Assembly (NCBI GenBank): GCA_973895155.1
Contig: OZ316893.1
Coordinates: 27,352,210-27,416,209, forward strand
Length of the DNA: 64,000 nucleotides
Source: Marsupella aquatica
Lineage: Eukaryota; Plantae; Marchantiophyta
Direction: 5' to 3'
In this document: positions 38,197-52,583 of the stretch, piece after piece
Layout of the letters: each line of letters begins with the position of its first letter
Numbering within the stretch: position 1 is the first letter of the stretch
Position numbers and translations under genes: made by a program
Notes under the pieces: model-generated
Seen by the model: only the letters and a program-made list of their open reading frames with translations
What the model was told of the DNA's origin: nothing
Database searches by the model: none

Positions 38197-39141
38197 AACT
38201 TTGTGAAACAAAATGGTGCAAAAAACTTAGTCGGCGTTGATGTATATATAGTTTTTGGTGACCCTGAGCCACGTGGCTACTTCTGACTGGTCAGCCGCTA
38301 CACGACAAAATAGATTGGGTGATTAAAAAAGGTTCAAATTAGTGTTTTAACGACAAAATTAATGTACATGTTAAGTATTTCCTCCGGGGTGGATGCAGTT
38401 TTTATTCTATTTGGGATAATGTATTGTGGGTTGCTTTAATCAGCCATTGAGACAATTTGGTTCTAGATGCGATACAAGTATCACTTTTTGCATTTTGGGG
38501 TGATTTTTTCAAATTGGTCCTGTAAAAGGTGCACATATTGTGCTTTGGAGTTATGTACCATAGTTTTGCTGATTCACAATCACTTTTCACGATGGTTAGG
38601 CGGAATGGTTACCATGATTTTGTCACTTAGTTTACTTTCTGGTTAAAAGTAGATCAACTGCGTTGAACTGTGTAGTAAATTTTGGGCAACTATGATGTAA
38701 CTTTTCAAATTGTTGATAGTAAATTTTTTGAAAGGAGAGGTTGAGCTACTTTTGGAGTATATTCTCAAATGATGAATGTGGTTTGCGATACGAGTATCGC
38801 TAGTTGCTTTCCTTTATGTGTTTGGGTTTGGAAGCAAAACTATTTTCCATGTGTACAAGTTGACGGAAAATAAGGATTTTCCATGTTGGAAACAAAGTTG
38901 AACGTTGTCAACAACAAACAGTACATTTCGAAAGTTTAAATATATATAATGAGGTAGTCTGTGGGCATTGCTCACCCCTTCAATGAAATCCCATCTACGA
39001 TACAAAAATGGAACTATTGGGATATTGCGGAATTTTGGATCGCTATTTGTGTCATTTCAACAAAATTGGCGAGAATGAAAAACACCATTCTCTATGTGCG
39101 GAAATACTTCTCAATTGGTCTGAAATCATGTTAAAGGTCTG

Positions 39142-40365
39142 ATGGCTAAGATTCCTTATGAGAAGGCAGTAGGCAATCTGATGTATTTGATGACTTGTAC
39201 TAGGCCTGACTTGGCCCTAGCGATGGGCAAGGTTAGCAGATTCATGTCAAATCCAGGGAAGGTACATTGGGAAGCTGTGAAATGGATTCTCAGGTATGTG
39301 AGGGGAACACCGGACTATGGATTACTATTTGATAACAGATCAGATAGAACGTTAGTTGGCTATGTAGATTCTGACTATGGAGGCTGTCTGGATACAAGGA
39401 GGTCTACAACTGGGTTTGTATACACTCTTGGAGGAGGATGTATCAGTTGGGAATCTACCTTGCAAAAGTGTATATCTCAGTCTACTACAGAAGCAGAGTA
39501 TGTTGCAATAGCAAAAGCAGCAAAGGAAGCAATTTGGTTGGATAAGTTGATCGCGGAGATGGGTTTAGAGCATGGAAAAATGACTCTAAACTGTGATAGT
39601 CAGAGTGCTCTTCACTTGGCTGCTAACCAGGTGATGGATAGCAGGGTGAAGCACATTGATATCAGGTACCATTTTATCAGGCAAGCAATGTCTGATAAAA
39701 CTTTTGAGCTAGTCAAGATTGATGGAAAGCTCAATCCCGCTGATGCTTTTACCAAAGTGATTCCTTTGGAGATTTTTTCAAGACACCGTGCTACTTTGCA
39801 GGTTTTGCAATTGTAGTGCAAGTAGAGTTATTTAGCAATGTGTGACTATTTGTATATGGATTACTCATTCCTGTTAGGCTACGGCTTAGTTCTAGTTAAC
39901 CCTTAGTTAACCCTTGTGGTTTTAGGGGGAGACCTGGTTTGGTGATTGTCTAGAACTTCCCGCTGAGGATTCCATATGGTAGCATTTAGTCTAGTCCCCA
40001 AGACAAGAGTCAAGGGGGAGTTTGTTAGATATTGCTCTAGTCTTGTGACTCATGAGCTAACCACAGTTAGTCTAACTCTGGTTAGGACTTAGCTAATGTT
40101 AGCGGTAGTGCTAGTGTGCATATAGCCAGGGCTGATGCTAGACCCTGGTGGAACTTAGGCTCATTGTTATAGAGCTAGTTGAGAGATAGGGAGAGCTTGT
40201 GATGTGGATGCTTGGTATGGCCGGTCGGCCTAGAGTGCAGTAAAGCTCTTGTGTGTTCCGTGGATGTAGCCTCATGTGGAGGTGAACCACGTATCTCTCT
40301 GTGTCGACTATTGTGCATTGGATGGTTCATGGGCTTGCCATTACGAATGTCGTCTATGCTCAACA
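39142..40365 (+). mobile_element. 5'-truncated Ty1/Copia retrotransposon: RT end + RNase H (39142-39816), PPT, 3' LTR 40023-40365
   Basis: PYEKAVGNLMYLMTCTRPDLA; GYVDSDYGG; STTEAEYVA; CDSQSA; KHIDIRYHFIR; NPADAFTK. PPT caagggggag; TGTT...AACA LTR. Confidence 0.92.
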
Positions 40366-40499
40366 AAGATTTATATTCTTGACAATGTTATATAATTCCT
40401 ATCATCAGCCATTAAGATGTAGGTATGGAAAAGAATTTGATACAAAAAGATGTCATTGTGTAAAGGAGGTTGCACTAGTACATATTAAGTTGATTTCCA

Positions 40500-43354
40500 A
40501 TGGTCAATTTTTGCGAACAATTGGCATCACCACGGCACGGTTTTTGTATGAGCAGATCTTTAAACGGTTCGGCCCACCCTTGGAGCTGGTAAGTGACAGG
40601 GGTACTCATTTTCTCAATCATACAATTGACCGTGTAACGGAGAACTACTTGGTCTCCCATAGGAAGAGCACCCCGTACCATCCACGAGCCAACGGGATCA
40701 TGGGCAAAATTCTCAACAAGACGGTGTCAACTCACAAGACAGATTGGGATTTGAAGTTGTTGGCTGCCACTTACGCCTACAACCTGGCTCACAAGACCAC
40801 CACTGGCCACAACCCCTATTTCCTTGTGTTTGGTCAACATTCTCTGGTGCCGGTGGAATTTGAGGTGCAGCCAACCATTCGAATCCTGACACGGGAAAGG
40901 GAAGGGCAAGAAAGTAGTGTAGCTGCACAAATCCAATAGTTGGAGAAACTTACGGAGGTGAGAGAGGAGGCTTTGGCACACACGGAGCAACAACAAGGCA
41001 AACGGAAGTTGCATTACGATTCCCGACTCCGTCGTGTGTCTATTGAGGAGGGAGATTTGGTGCTCCTCTACAATAGCCGCTTCATGCATTTCCCGGGGAA
41101 GCTACATACATGTTGGATGGGGCCCTACATTGTCAACACAATCTACTCCAATGGATCAGTTCAGCTCAAGACATTGGAGGGGCAACTACTCAACACACGG
41201 ATCAATCAAGAATGCCTAAAGAAGTACTACACGGAGGAGGATATGGTGCTTGTGGGGGTGCTTCGCAATTAAGAGGGGAGCTATGTGACAGGGCCCCAAA
41301 CCGGTAGTAACTTAGTGATGACTTATAATTGCGTATATGAGTAGAAAGACAAGTAGGTGTAGCAAAAGTGTTTGGTTTGGAGGCCGGAGTAGAGAGGGGT
41401 GTCGGGCGGTGATGGATGACAAGGGAACCATTGAGGGGGTACAAGGAGGCCACAAGGCAGCCCAAGGACTTGGAGCCAAGGTGTGGGCATCTTGGAGGGG
41501 TGGGGGCTGGTCGGAGGCTCCACGTAAGGCGCAAAACGGGAAGAATGACCAAAATATAGAAAACGTTGAAACTTAAAACAGACTTTTCTGTGCTAGTACT
41601 ATTCTAAACATTGTCATGTTTGGATTCATTTTGAAGCCCTCAATGAGCCCCATGAGAAACTGAGGTTCTCTAGTTGATTCTAGGTCTATATCAAACAGTG
41701 ACTTTCTCGAGGGACCTCAATGCCCGTAAAATGGCAAACTACGAAATCTTGGAGTAGTGATGGTGGGAGGGCCCTTAGAAGGAAAGGGTTCCCACACTTG
41801 TGTTCCCCTTCACCCTTTGTGTGGTCCTCACATGTTTTTTTGCTCTCTTTCCCTTCCCCACCGTAGAAGGGCACCCCGTAGAAGGGCCACCGTAGAAGGG
41901 GCCCTCACACTTTCTTCCTTCCCTTTTTCTCTATTCTCACTTGTGGGGTTTCCATCCATACCTAAACTCTAAACCCTTTCCCTATTGTGTTTGCTTTCAA
42001 CGTGTGTACGGACCCTGGTTGTATGAACATCAGATTTTCAACCATCTCAAAATTAGGAGTCTACGGGCTTGTTGGAATTAGCTCGCCGAGCTGAATCCAA
42101 CGATGTGTCACACGGCCGAAACGGAGCTAAGACGGGGGAGATACAACAGATCGCATTTTTTTGAGAATACGGGAGTTTTGAGGCCGTACAAACGTCCGTA
42201 CGGAAGGAGGTCCCGGTTTTGCAAGAGAAGGAGGAGGTAGCAGCACATACGGGGAAACTATGATCCATGTTTTTCAAAGCCAAGGCCCCCTGGTGTTGTA
42301 CGGACGAAACAACGGGAGACGATGCCCCTTGAAAACTTCAACGATCATATCTTGGCCGTTTGACCTCCATTTTGTGCACCATTTACGGAGCCGTGATCAG
42401 GAAGAGGAGGGCTCTTCAGATCTGTTTTCAGAAGTGAATTCTGAGAAAATTTTAGTTTCAACAATTATAGGGGCCCCCTCCTTTTACGGCGGACTGATGG
42501 GGTGATCAGGAGGATTGAGGCTGGTAGGCAGGGTAGATAGATAGGATAGGAGGTGGTGGACTCAAGTAAGTCCTTGTTTAGCGGAGTGGTAGTTGGCACC
42601 GTCGAAGGCACCGTCGGTACCGTAGTTACTTAGATTAGGGTTTTTCACAGCGTGTGTGTGCCGCACGCTTTAGGTTAGTTTATCTCTTAAATGTTTTTGG
42701 CGGCGCCGCTAGGGTTTCCGCCGTTGTTGCCACTCCGTGAGGGGTGCTTTGGTGTTTTTGTAATTTCAGTATTTAGGGGGGAGCCTCGTAGTGAGAGGGG
42801 GGGGGGGAACTCAGTCTAGTGTGGGTTTTAGGAAAGTTAGCTCATAGCCAGAAGGAGAAATCGAGCCAGAGTAGTGAGGTAGAGGTGTAGCGCTTGCCCC
42901 AGTGAGGCAGGAGTTGGGCAGACGGCAGGAGGCCGGGTTGTCCTTGCAATGTGTTACCACTTTTTGCCAAAAGATATGGATTTGGTTTGATTCCTCAAGT
43001 TTTGGTGTGGCGTTATCTTTTCCGGCTCACGATTGTGTTCTTTCCCAAGAAGTGTCTAAGGAATCCTTGCACGGATTGGTCAACCATGTGAATAGGGGGG
43101 GTGGTGACAGCACTCCATCAGCGACCAGCAGGAGTGTGTGTGTGGCGTAGTCCATGGGACTTGATCAAAAGCAGAGAGGCTAGTCGGTAGACTTGACCAA
43201 AAATTACATTTTCGGGAGCGGAAATAAACATACTCATCCTACATGCAATAGAATCCTAATAGCGTCCCTCCACATTCCCGTCATACGATAACAAACGATT
43301 TTAGTAGGAGTAAATACGTATTTGTCATGTAAATCGTTTGATAAGCAGGTGACA
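40500..43354 (+). mobile_element. 5'-truncated Ty3/Gypsy retrotransposon: integrase remnant (~40520-41272), PPT, 3' LTR 41284-43354
   Basis: RFGPP..LVSDRGTHF; STPYHPRANG; PYFLVFG; GDLVLLYNSR..KL...WMGPY. PPT aagaggggag, then TGTGAC...GTGACA. Confidence 0.88.
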
Positions 43355-45040
43355 GATTGGTTAATCTTTTAACATATCTATCTAAAGCTCTAACCTTTAC
43401 CTTAATTGTGTGGAGCTGAAGTACATGGGTGTGATCAATGTCAAATCCTAAAGCATCTCTCCACTTCTCATCCACACTAAATCTCACTTCTTTGCCTAAT
43501 ACATAAGGGAGTGCATAAGGATTTGATGTTGCTACATGCATGAAGTTGCACCGGTCTTGATAACAATTATTTTGTCCTTTATTTGCTTTTGCAAATAATG
43601 AGCTCATTAGCATGGACCACAGCCCGCCACTAAGGTTCATGACGACCAAAAAATTCCATCTCTACATCATTTGAATCGTGCCTCAAGTTGTCAAGACTAC
43701 CAGCTCAGAACCCTTAGGACTAGGGCTCAAATTGCAACTTCTTTGTGCAAGTAGATTAATAACCTTTTGAGGGTAGAAAATAGTGAGGGAGCCTAGGTTC
43801 CCGCTACCTATTTAAACTCAGAGGCGGCTTTTTGTATTAATAGGGCAGCTCAACACTATTGTTCGGGGTGGCCAAAATCATGCATCCATGTATTAGTTGT
43901 TGTAGTCATGGGCAGTTTGGGTACAACACAGGCTCAAGAAGGTAATCCATGTGGGCATCCCCTTTGGCATACTTACTTGCTAATTGTTTACATGGTCATG
44001 AAGAGAATTATTATAGTACTTACTAAAGAGACAAAGTGCCTTTTGCTTTTTCCAGGAGTGAGGTCACCCTGACATTACTCGATCATATTAGCGAATTTGG
44101 CCCTCGGGGGCCTCATTCCAAGGGAGGTCCCATATCACGCGCAAAGATTTCAAGTAATAATCACCCTAAAACTTAAAAAAAATAAGACAGGTTTTAAATA
44201 TTTTTTAACCCCTAACTTTATAGAATATTCTAGGAATATTCTCACATTTGGCATTAAAAACCCTTATAGTTCTTATAAGTCTCAAAATTGGATTAAAACA
44301 CCCCTAAATTTATTCAACAAAACCTTTAAAGTCTTCCGCGCAATTATTGAATTAAAAACCCTTAACTTCTTGGCGCGCAATAGGTTAGAAGAAAAGAAGT
44401 GAGGACCATGGGATTTGGCCCAAAAGCAGAGTGGACCAAATATACTTTGCTAGAGAGTGACGTACTTGACATGACATGCTCAATGATGCAAGTAAGTAGT
44501 TAGCCCTTGGAGACCAGGTATTCTTCTTCCATGATGCATCACTCTTGTCAACTCAAGGTAACTCTTGATTTCTCAACAATAATTGGAAAATAATATAATT
44601 GGGCATATCCCAAACATGATTTTGATCCTTAGAGTAATCATTTTATGAAAACAACTACATTAGTAATGATATAATTTAGTTCAGCATTTGTGACTGACAG
44701 TTCAGCATTTGTGACTGACCCCCTCGGTCACGTGCATGGTTGAACTCTGTCACTATTCCTCCCTTGTCAAGATTTGCACTTTGGTTTAACTGCCGCAGGG
44801 TTTTAGCTGCCGCAGGGTTTTACACCATTCTTAAGTGCATTTTGCCTTTTCACCTGTGTGCATGAGATGACGGTGCATTTCTCAAAAGTCATCTGTGCAG
44901 AACAGGAACGTTTTCCTGTGTATATCTAGTGCTTATGTCCGCAACGACAACAATCAGTTTCAGATTCATGAAGGTGATCGGAAATTTTGCAGAGGTCGGG
45001 AGTCTAGAAGCCCATGTCCAAAATGGACCTCCATGTACGG

Positions 45041-46463
45041 TCAGGTATTGACTTCGTGAGTCCTGAGAAGAGAAACGCTATTAACATTCAACTTGTTCTT
45101 GAAGAAATCGAGATACGAGAACGGCTCGTAGGCCGGCGGGTTGGCCTCGCTGATAAGCTTAGAAATCGGCTCGACAACGTAATCTGCCTCAGGACCTGGT
45201 GCTGGAAAGACAAAATACGCGAACGTGTACCGATTGCTCTCCCTGTTGCTAATCACTTTGTGAAGAATACTTCTGTATCGTCCATTGGTCCAGGCCTGCA
45301 TCATTATTCATGATACTGTCAGTTACATCGATCAAGTGACACATTTAGATTTAATATTCTTGGTGAAGCAGGCTACAGAAAAGCTGAATGGCCAAATCAT
45401 ATTGGAGGTCAATAAAAATTGCGTGCAGAGTTTCAATCGCTCAAGCTTGGATATCGTCTGTCCGTGTGCGACGTAAGAGGTCCAAGCTATATCTCTGGCC
45501 TGACTTAGTAAGTGCTCGGAGATCTTACAAGTGCTTTACACGAAAAACTACTGATTGAACATATGGCCACTTTCATTTCACAAACTCTGAGCTCTAGAAC
45601 CGAGAAAAAGCCAAGCCAACTATCAGGCACATGTTGCGGAATAAAGAGTTGCCTCATTCAAGTACCTGAAGGATATCTCCAACATTGATAATGAGTGATC
45701 CTCTCCGCGGCTGCATGGGGATCCATTCTCCGTATGGATTTATTTGGAGCCCCTGGGTATCGTAACCCTGAGAGAGGATTGTGAAAACGCTGGAATCGCG
45801 GTGTGGGAGGATTCCTGTCTCGTCCACATTTGTAGGCGTCGTACCTTTGGGGTAGTGGTGGCAATTCAGATATCGGGGAACTTCATTCTTGTGGTGCACT
45901 TCGCGGAGATACGTGAGAGGGAGTCCAAGACTCTCCGAGAACACGTCCAGCAATGTGTCCGCAACCTTTCCTAGCTCAAGTTGCAGACGCTCTACCTTTT
46001 GTCGGTAGTCATGGGGATTACTTGGCCACCAGTTGAGCGTGGGGTCAATGTCTTCGGTCGAGCCGTTGGTGTAATATTCCTGCGGGCCTTGATGCAAGTG
46101 ATAATCACGAAACACCATCTCCTCCATGCGATTCTCGACACCGCCTAGAACTGGGAAGTGCTTGTAGCCTAGCTGGAAGATACAAACCAGAGGCTTCTTC
46201 TCCTTGAGATCCGGCTGCAACTCCAGTTTCTCCTCCATTGGGAGATTGAAAAACTCCCGACTCATGTCAAATGCTGCGTCCAGCACTTCTCCAGGAACCC
46301 CGGAGTTGATGATCTCAAAGAAACCGAAAGTTTCACATGCTCGTGCCACTTGCTCACATACGGAGGACCGTTTAGCTGTATCAGAAAGCCCACTGAAGTC
46401 TATGATAGGAACAACGGTCTTCAACTTCTCAGCAATCGGCTTTCCTTCCTTCACGCCAACCAT
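45041..46463 (-). CDS. 2-oxoglutarate/Fe(II)-dependent dioxygenase (plant DOXC class), join(46463-45666, 45295-45041), 350 aa
   Basis: VPIIDFS; ACETFGFFEIINSGV; FFNLPMEEK; HYP; HRD (HxD); GLQI; INVGDILQ|AWTNGRYRSILHKV; RYTFAYF. Canonical intron position. Confidence 0.95.
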
Positions 46464-46789
46464 GACTGATGAGTAAAATCACTATTACCAACAAACTCGG
46501 TCAGATTGCTTTGTAGACGCACACACTCGTGGGACAAAACGCAGACAGGGAAGGAACGTCGACAATCTGTCCGCGTTTAAACACGCTGAATCGCCAATTC
46601 TAGCTCAAAGAATCAACTACGGATAATTCGCGTACAAATCAACTACTTTACTTCGAAGGATAAGTGCAATCGCAATTTTCTGGTTTCGGAAGCCGAGTGT
46701 TGTGAGAGACTTGATCGCACACTTGTATATTCCAAGTGAGCACCGGAACACTTATAGGGATAGAGGGGTGGGCCGTATGGCGCTCGGGC

Positions 46790-46895
46790 GCATAATGCGC
46801 GGTCTGTTATAAATGCGGGGTCTGTAAATAATAATGCGGGGTCTGTAAATAATAATGCGGGGTCTGTAAATAATAATGCGGGGTCATAAATGCGC
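46790..46895. repeat. ~21-bp tandem repeat (ataatgcggggtctgtaaata) upstream of the dioxygenase TATA-like box
   Basis: About four to five copies read directly. Confidence 0.8.
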
Positions 46896-47549
46896 AGTCA
46901 GACATGAGTTTGCAACTTTGCATCCTTCCCCAGTTCCCACTTTCCCAGCATAGACCCGCACGTCTATCGAGCTATGTGGATCACCCGTTTCAATTCCTTA
47001 AGTCTGCGAACGTCATTCCATCCATTCAGAGTTCAGACACGAGTTTGCATCCTTCCCAGCGTGTGGTGAATTTGCAGTGGTTACTTCAACTGCAGAGGAC
47101 TGGTTGTACAGTGCGTGCGTTGTGTGTTCCCAGAAATCAGCTTTATCAATCGTAAGTGCACTCTGGAGAAAGGAAATTCGTTGCGGAATGCATGTTACCT
47201 ATCTTCTTTGACCTGCTGGGGTAACTTGACTTATTGCACTACACGCAAAATCATCATAAAATCGTCAAATGATGGCCCAAAAATGACCCATATGATGCAT
47301 AGTCCGAGTTATTCCCGGGCCATTCCCTAACTTTCCCTAACTACGTCCTGACCCGGTCCCAGGGTCCCCGGACTCCCTCGGTCTAGCGAGCCAGTCCCCC
47401 GGTTTGGGGTCAGGGCCAGCTGGGTGGGTTGGAGCACTGGGCGAGGGGCCCGGTCAAAAATGTTCAGGGCTGGGTGAGGCTGGGGCTGGCCGGGTGTCCA
47501 GATGACAGGATGATGGAGTCAAGACCTCAAATATGCCCGTCATGGCCAG

Positions 47550-47960
47550 GAGAAAATAAATAGAAAGCACATTGACAGAAAAGAGACCCAAGAAAGGGGA
47601 GAAAGTAATTAGGAAGCACACTGACAACAAACAGACCCAATAAAGAGAAACTTCCACCAAAATTTATAAAACAGTGAAGGGGGTGGGGGAACGGGTACAG
47701 GTACAGGAACAAGACCTAATAAAGGGGAGAAAATAAATGGAAAGCACATTGAGAGCAAAGAGACCCAATAAAGGGGAGAAAATAATTATGAAACACATGA
47801 CAACAAAGAGACCCAATAAAGACAAACTTACACCAACACTTATAAAAAAGGAAAAAAAGTAAAGGGGAAAAACAGTTAGAAAGCACACTGAAAACAAAGA
47901 GACCCAATAAAGGCCTGGGGAAAAACAATTAGAAAGCACACTGACTACAAAGAGCCACTG
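47550..47960. repeat. Degenerate ~50-60-bp repeats with core aaagagacccaataaag
   Basis: About six recurrences. Probably subterminal repeats of a decayed element; ends not resolved. Confidence 0.6.
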
Positions 47961-49235
47961 GAGAAAGTCCTTGTCAGGGCTTGAGTTCTTTCCACAAAAA
48001 AGAATCAAGTTCAAACTTTTCAGGGCTTGAGTCCTTCATGCCCGTATTATAGCATGTTCATCCTGGAACATGCCTCTATTTTTGTCTTGTAATGATATGT
48101 AATTCATTTAAATTATTTTATGATAAAAGAAGTAAATACATGTATAATAAATATATGCCAAGAAGTGAGTGACATACTACACATGTAAAGAAAAGCACAT
48201 TATAACCAAGAAAGTACAAAGGTACTAAAGGGTTGTGCACATATAGTACAGATTTTCACTTGTTTTCTAGGTAATGACAATCAACTCAATTGAAAACCAT
48301 AAGTTTTGTAAAAGAAATCATGAGGGGAACTTAGTACAGCAAATGTGCACATTGTTCAAAGTGATATCTCTCATTCTCATGAGAAAAAAGATAATTCACT
48401 AAGGAATGATTGAAATGGAAAGATTAAACATTTATGAGGGGAGCCAAATATATTCAAAATACTCTAAGTTCACTAAAATTAAAGGGGTCCAAAAGTTAAT
48501 TCAAAATCAAGTTCATACAAATGATTCACCTAGTTAGGGCACATTAAAATAAAAATACTGAACTTAAAATCTGAATAAGACAAAATGTGAAAGGTGGGTT
48601 TGCCAATGCCTGTAAAATGGACTCCGGTATTTAAGTTCTTCGGACAAAATGGACTAAACTTGTCCTTTAGTACTTTAGTCTACGGAAAGGGACTGAGTTC
48701 TTCCTGCAAATAGGAGCCCAGTACTTTAGCCCATTGAACATAAAGGATTAAAGTCCTTTTCAGGGCTTGAGTCCTTCATGCAACAAGGAATTCAGGGGGC
48801 CTTGACAAGACTGCAGGGCCGTTCCAATTTTAGAACGGCCCGTCTAAGAAACCAAAGAAGGATCAAGATTGTGCAATTGAATGATGAAGAAGGCGATGGG
48901 GAAGATGGAAACTCAGTGAGTAGACGGGCAGACGCAGAAGTCAGCCACCTGATATCGTTTCGCTCAGACACGGCTGTCTTGAGGAGTTTTCAACAAATGC
49001 AAAGAAACAAGGTGAGGTAACTCTCTTCCTAAAATTTTGATTTTCTGGTCAGAATCACATGTTTAGGTCCGTGAACGTGCATTCTCAAGTCAAGTCTTAC
49101 TGAATTTTGCCCATCCCTTCCCATTCTCACGCTTACACGGGTGTGCACATGTGGGAGAAACTACAAGAGAAAATGATTGTTGCTTGTGAAGGATTCAACA
49201 AGTCAGTTGAGGCAATCAGGAAGAAATGGAAAACT

Positions 49236-50893
49236 ATTGAGAGGTGGAGATAATTCTTAGGAGAGAAAATGTCAAGTCCACCAATAATCAAGATTCATCC
49301 ATTCATGGGGGGTTTGCTAATACCACCCTACTTAGGTATACATGTAGTGGTAGTTATAGTAACTACCTTAATCCCCTAACTAGGGTTGGATGTTGACAGC
49401 AATGTTGTTGTTTTTGCGTAATTGTCTCTCTTTCCCCCTCAGCCTGAATGTGGAGCTTGTCATCCTTGTTTCACTGCTCCAATGACAGCATCCTTCGGAG
49501 TTGACGCTTCTACAGAATGGCTTCGAGCAAATGCACTCTTTGATTTATTTTGTAGCGTATTAAATCTTCTATTTGTTGGCAAGGTGAAAGAGCTTTTTGT
49601 CCTCTGCATTGCTCTTGTCCTGTCGGAGGGTTTGGTACTGATGGCACTCCATACACTCCATGCTACTATTGATTGAAGTAGAATTGGACAAACTTGCTTT
49701 AAAGCAATGATGATGTTGTGGTCTTCTTTGTTCATTTTAAGTGCCTTTTGAGATCCCTGTGCAGCTTCTCATACTCCACAAACAATTCTCTAGAAACTTG
49801 TATCAATTGCTCAAGATGTCTTGAAGGTGCTAGTTCAAATAACACCTTTTGGCACTGATCCATGCATGAAGGAATCCAAGACTGTCTGTTCCTAGTTTCA
49901 AGTCATTTGACAGTTTAGTCTTGGAAAACCAACAGCTTCTCATTCCGTAGCCATCGTCAAAATTGTAATTAAAATGTCAATGCAGGTTTATGGGATCCAT
50001 TTTGGCTTTTATCGATGTGATTCCTATAGAAGCAATGTTTTAAGAGGTCTTAGTTGCTGCATTGCTTGTCCCCGACCAGCTTCATACATTGTAATGATTG
50101 TATAAGAAATTGATCCCAAATAATCCCACTTTCGTTTAGGATTCTAAGCCTTGCATTCCAGGCATGAATATGGCTGCGAACTCTGCCATAGAGACTAAAG
50201 TTGCAATTGCAACAACGCGGAGGCTTGTCGCCTTGGCATATTGCAAAATTGCTTCCAACATTGTTTGGGTGATTAGGCAACCAATAAGATCTAGAAAAAT
50301 AAGAGAGTTGTTGAGGCGCAGTTACATCGCTACAACAACAAGATCTGTGTCATTTTTGCATCTAGTCACCACTAAAACCTCCAGTTGCCTGTAGTGAAAA
50401 GTAAGAGCTTATATTGCCTGTCGTGCTCTGCTACAAATAGCTTAGGAAGTTTTGCAATTCAGATTTTTGTCCCTAGCACCGTGCCTCCGGGCGTGCCTCC
50501 TGCACATTCTCTTAAGTAGTTTCTCTCGTTCCTGGTTTTTAAGACAAGTTCCCCTCCAAAAGTAGTATTGCTTCAATTAGCAGTGCTCTAAGAATGGGAA
50601 ATCTATTTCTCAACGTATTCTCCTCCCACGGCATCAAGAAATAAAACTGTGTCAAATCTATGAACATTTAATGTAAATGTGGTCTTTTTCTCAAAGAAAG
50701 TTGCTCGTGGAGAGCTACATGTTGCTAACGTGTTGATAGGTGGAGATAATTCTTAGGAGAGAAAATGTCAAGTCCACCAATAATCAAGATTCATCCATTC
50801 ATGGGGGTTTACTAATATGATCACCCTAGGTATACATATCTAGTGATAGTTATAGTAACTACCTTAATCCCTAACTAGGGTTGGATGTTGACC
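49236..50893. mobile_element. Pair of ~160-bp direct repeats (49236-49399, ~50731-50893) flanking 1.3 kb of decayed sequence; TRIM/LTR-like relic
   Basis: aggtggagataattcttaggagagaaaatgtcaagtccacc...taactagggttggatgttgac occurs twice. No clear TSD. Confidence 0.5.
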
Positions 50894-51262
50894 TAACCTT
50901 TGGGTTACAACAAAAACCATTTAATATAGACAGTAATATTGCACTGACAAACATATCCTCAACACATTTGGAGATGGGCGAAACATCACCTGTAATTTTT
51001 TTGACAAAGTTGATCAAGGCTTCAACTACTGGGCCAATGTACAAAGTTGTGTCATGGAGATTCTTGTGGGACTCCCAATCCATGTCCCCTTGACTTGAAT
51101 GAGCCAGGGGAAGTGCAAGGATCTGGAGATGGTGAGATTGGATCTCGTTCAGATCAAAATACTAGTCTTGCTAACAATACCCCTTAGTCCACAAAATCAT
51201 CCCAAAAACAAAATTCAGATATGTATACTAGTATATACATGAGTGAGATGGGGGTAGCAAAG

Positions 51263-51753
51263 ATCATCAGTTATCAGCCACTAATAACTAATATCAATTA
51301 TCAATTTTTTTGCCGAATTTTTTTTGAATCTCAACTGAGCAGCTGAGATGACAACTTTGCACTTCCACGCATCTCAGCTAGGCAGCTGAGATTGACTCAA
51401 TCTCAGCTGACCTCACCGACATCAACGTGCGGACAAAAAAAATCGGAAAAAAATTTATTTTCTTGAAAGTTTCAAAACAAAAAAAATTTGAAAAAACAAT
51501 TCGCCAAAATTTGGTGTTCGTACCGTACGGACACATGCTCATCTCGGCTGAACCCATTGAGAAGTGATGTCCGTATGGTACGGGCACCCATAGTGAAAAA
51601 CATTTCAAAAAAAGTTTTTTTTTCATCAAATTTTGAGAAAAAATATGAAGAAAAAAAAATTCGCATTTTTTTTCGGCGCCACATCTTGGCGGCTTCTCTG
51701 AGAAGATGTGACGATATCAGGTCAACTGATGAAAACGACTGATAACTGATGAT
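51263..51753. mobile_element. MITE-like element with 15-bp TIR ATCATCAGTTATCAG
   Basis: Inverted match at 51263-51277 and 51739-51753; A/T-tract interior; TSD ambiguous. Confidence 0.55.
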
Positions 51754-52059
51754 GTAACTTTACTGAGTGAGATGGTCACCAACACCTCTAGCATGGCACA
51801 ATAAATTCATGAGACCACTGGTGTTCTCAAAGAGTTCAAATCCAAAATTTGAAGGCTCATTGACAAATTGTAAATGTGATTGCAGATGAGTGGGAGCATA
51901 TGCAATGCTTTGTCCCTCAACCTTCTGTTATAGAAATGAGCTATGATGGTGTCCCCTAAAATATTTTTAATACCATATATAAATTTCCCACTGAATTGTA
52001 CTATCCTCCCGAATCGGTTAAATCAGCCTATTCATTAAAAATGTATTATTATTTTATTT

Positions 52060-52362
52060 ATGTACATTTGGGCAATGAAAAGTGTACTTTTGGGCTCGAA
52101 AAAGTGTACATTTGGGGATAAAAAAATATACAATTGGTCTAAAGAGTGTATATTTGGGCAATGAAAAGTGTACATTTGAGCATCAAAATATGTACATTTG
52201 GCTTAAAAAGTGTACATTTTAGTACATTTGGCCTAGAAAGTGTACATTTGAGTGAAAAATGGATACATTTGATTTAAAAAGTGTACATTTCAATGAATTT
52301 AGTCTAGAAAGTGTAGCTTTGAGTGCAACAAAGAGTACATTTGACCTAAAAAGTGTACATTT
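52060..52362. repeat. Array of aaaagTGTACAtttg motifs (~21-bp period) downstream of transposase B; candidate subterminal repeats
   Basis: More than ten recurrences of the palindromic core TGTACA. Confidence 0.8.
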
Positions 52363-52583
52363 TCCTGAAAACTTTTATTGTAATCATTTAAAATAAAGAA
52401 ATTAATAAAAAATATTTTTAATTATGCAGAAAAAATAAACATTCATATTCATAATAATCAAAAGTTTAGAAAATGAGTAGATAGTCTACTAAGTAACTTA
52501 ACACTCAATGGCATGGTCTCACAATATATATAACTCTTACATAAAAATTAGTAACTATCTAATTATACCTTAGCTAGTGACAA

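Noticed and set aside
38800-39140. Terminus of unit 1 (and of unit 2 near 51950-52050)
   Set aside because: No partner end lies in the window, so no TIR or TSD can be demonstrated.
49400-51100. Possible LINE reverse-transcriptase remnants
   Set aside because: Only faint word-level resemblance; too decayed to call without a search.
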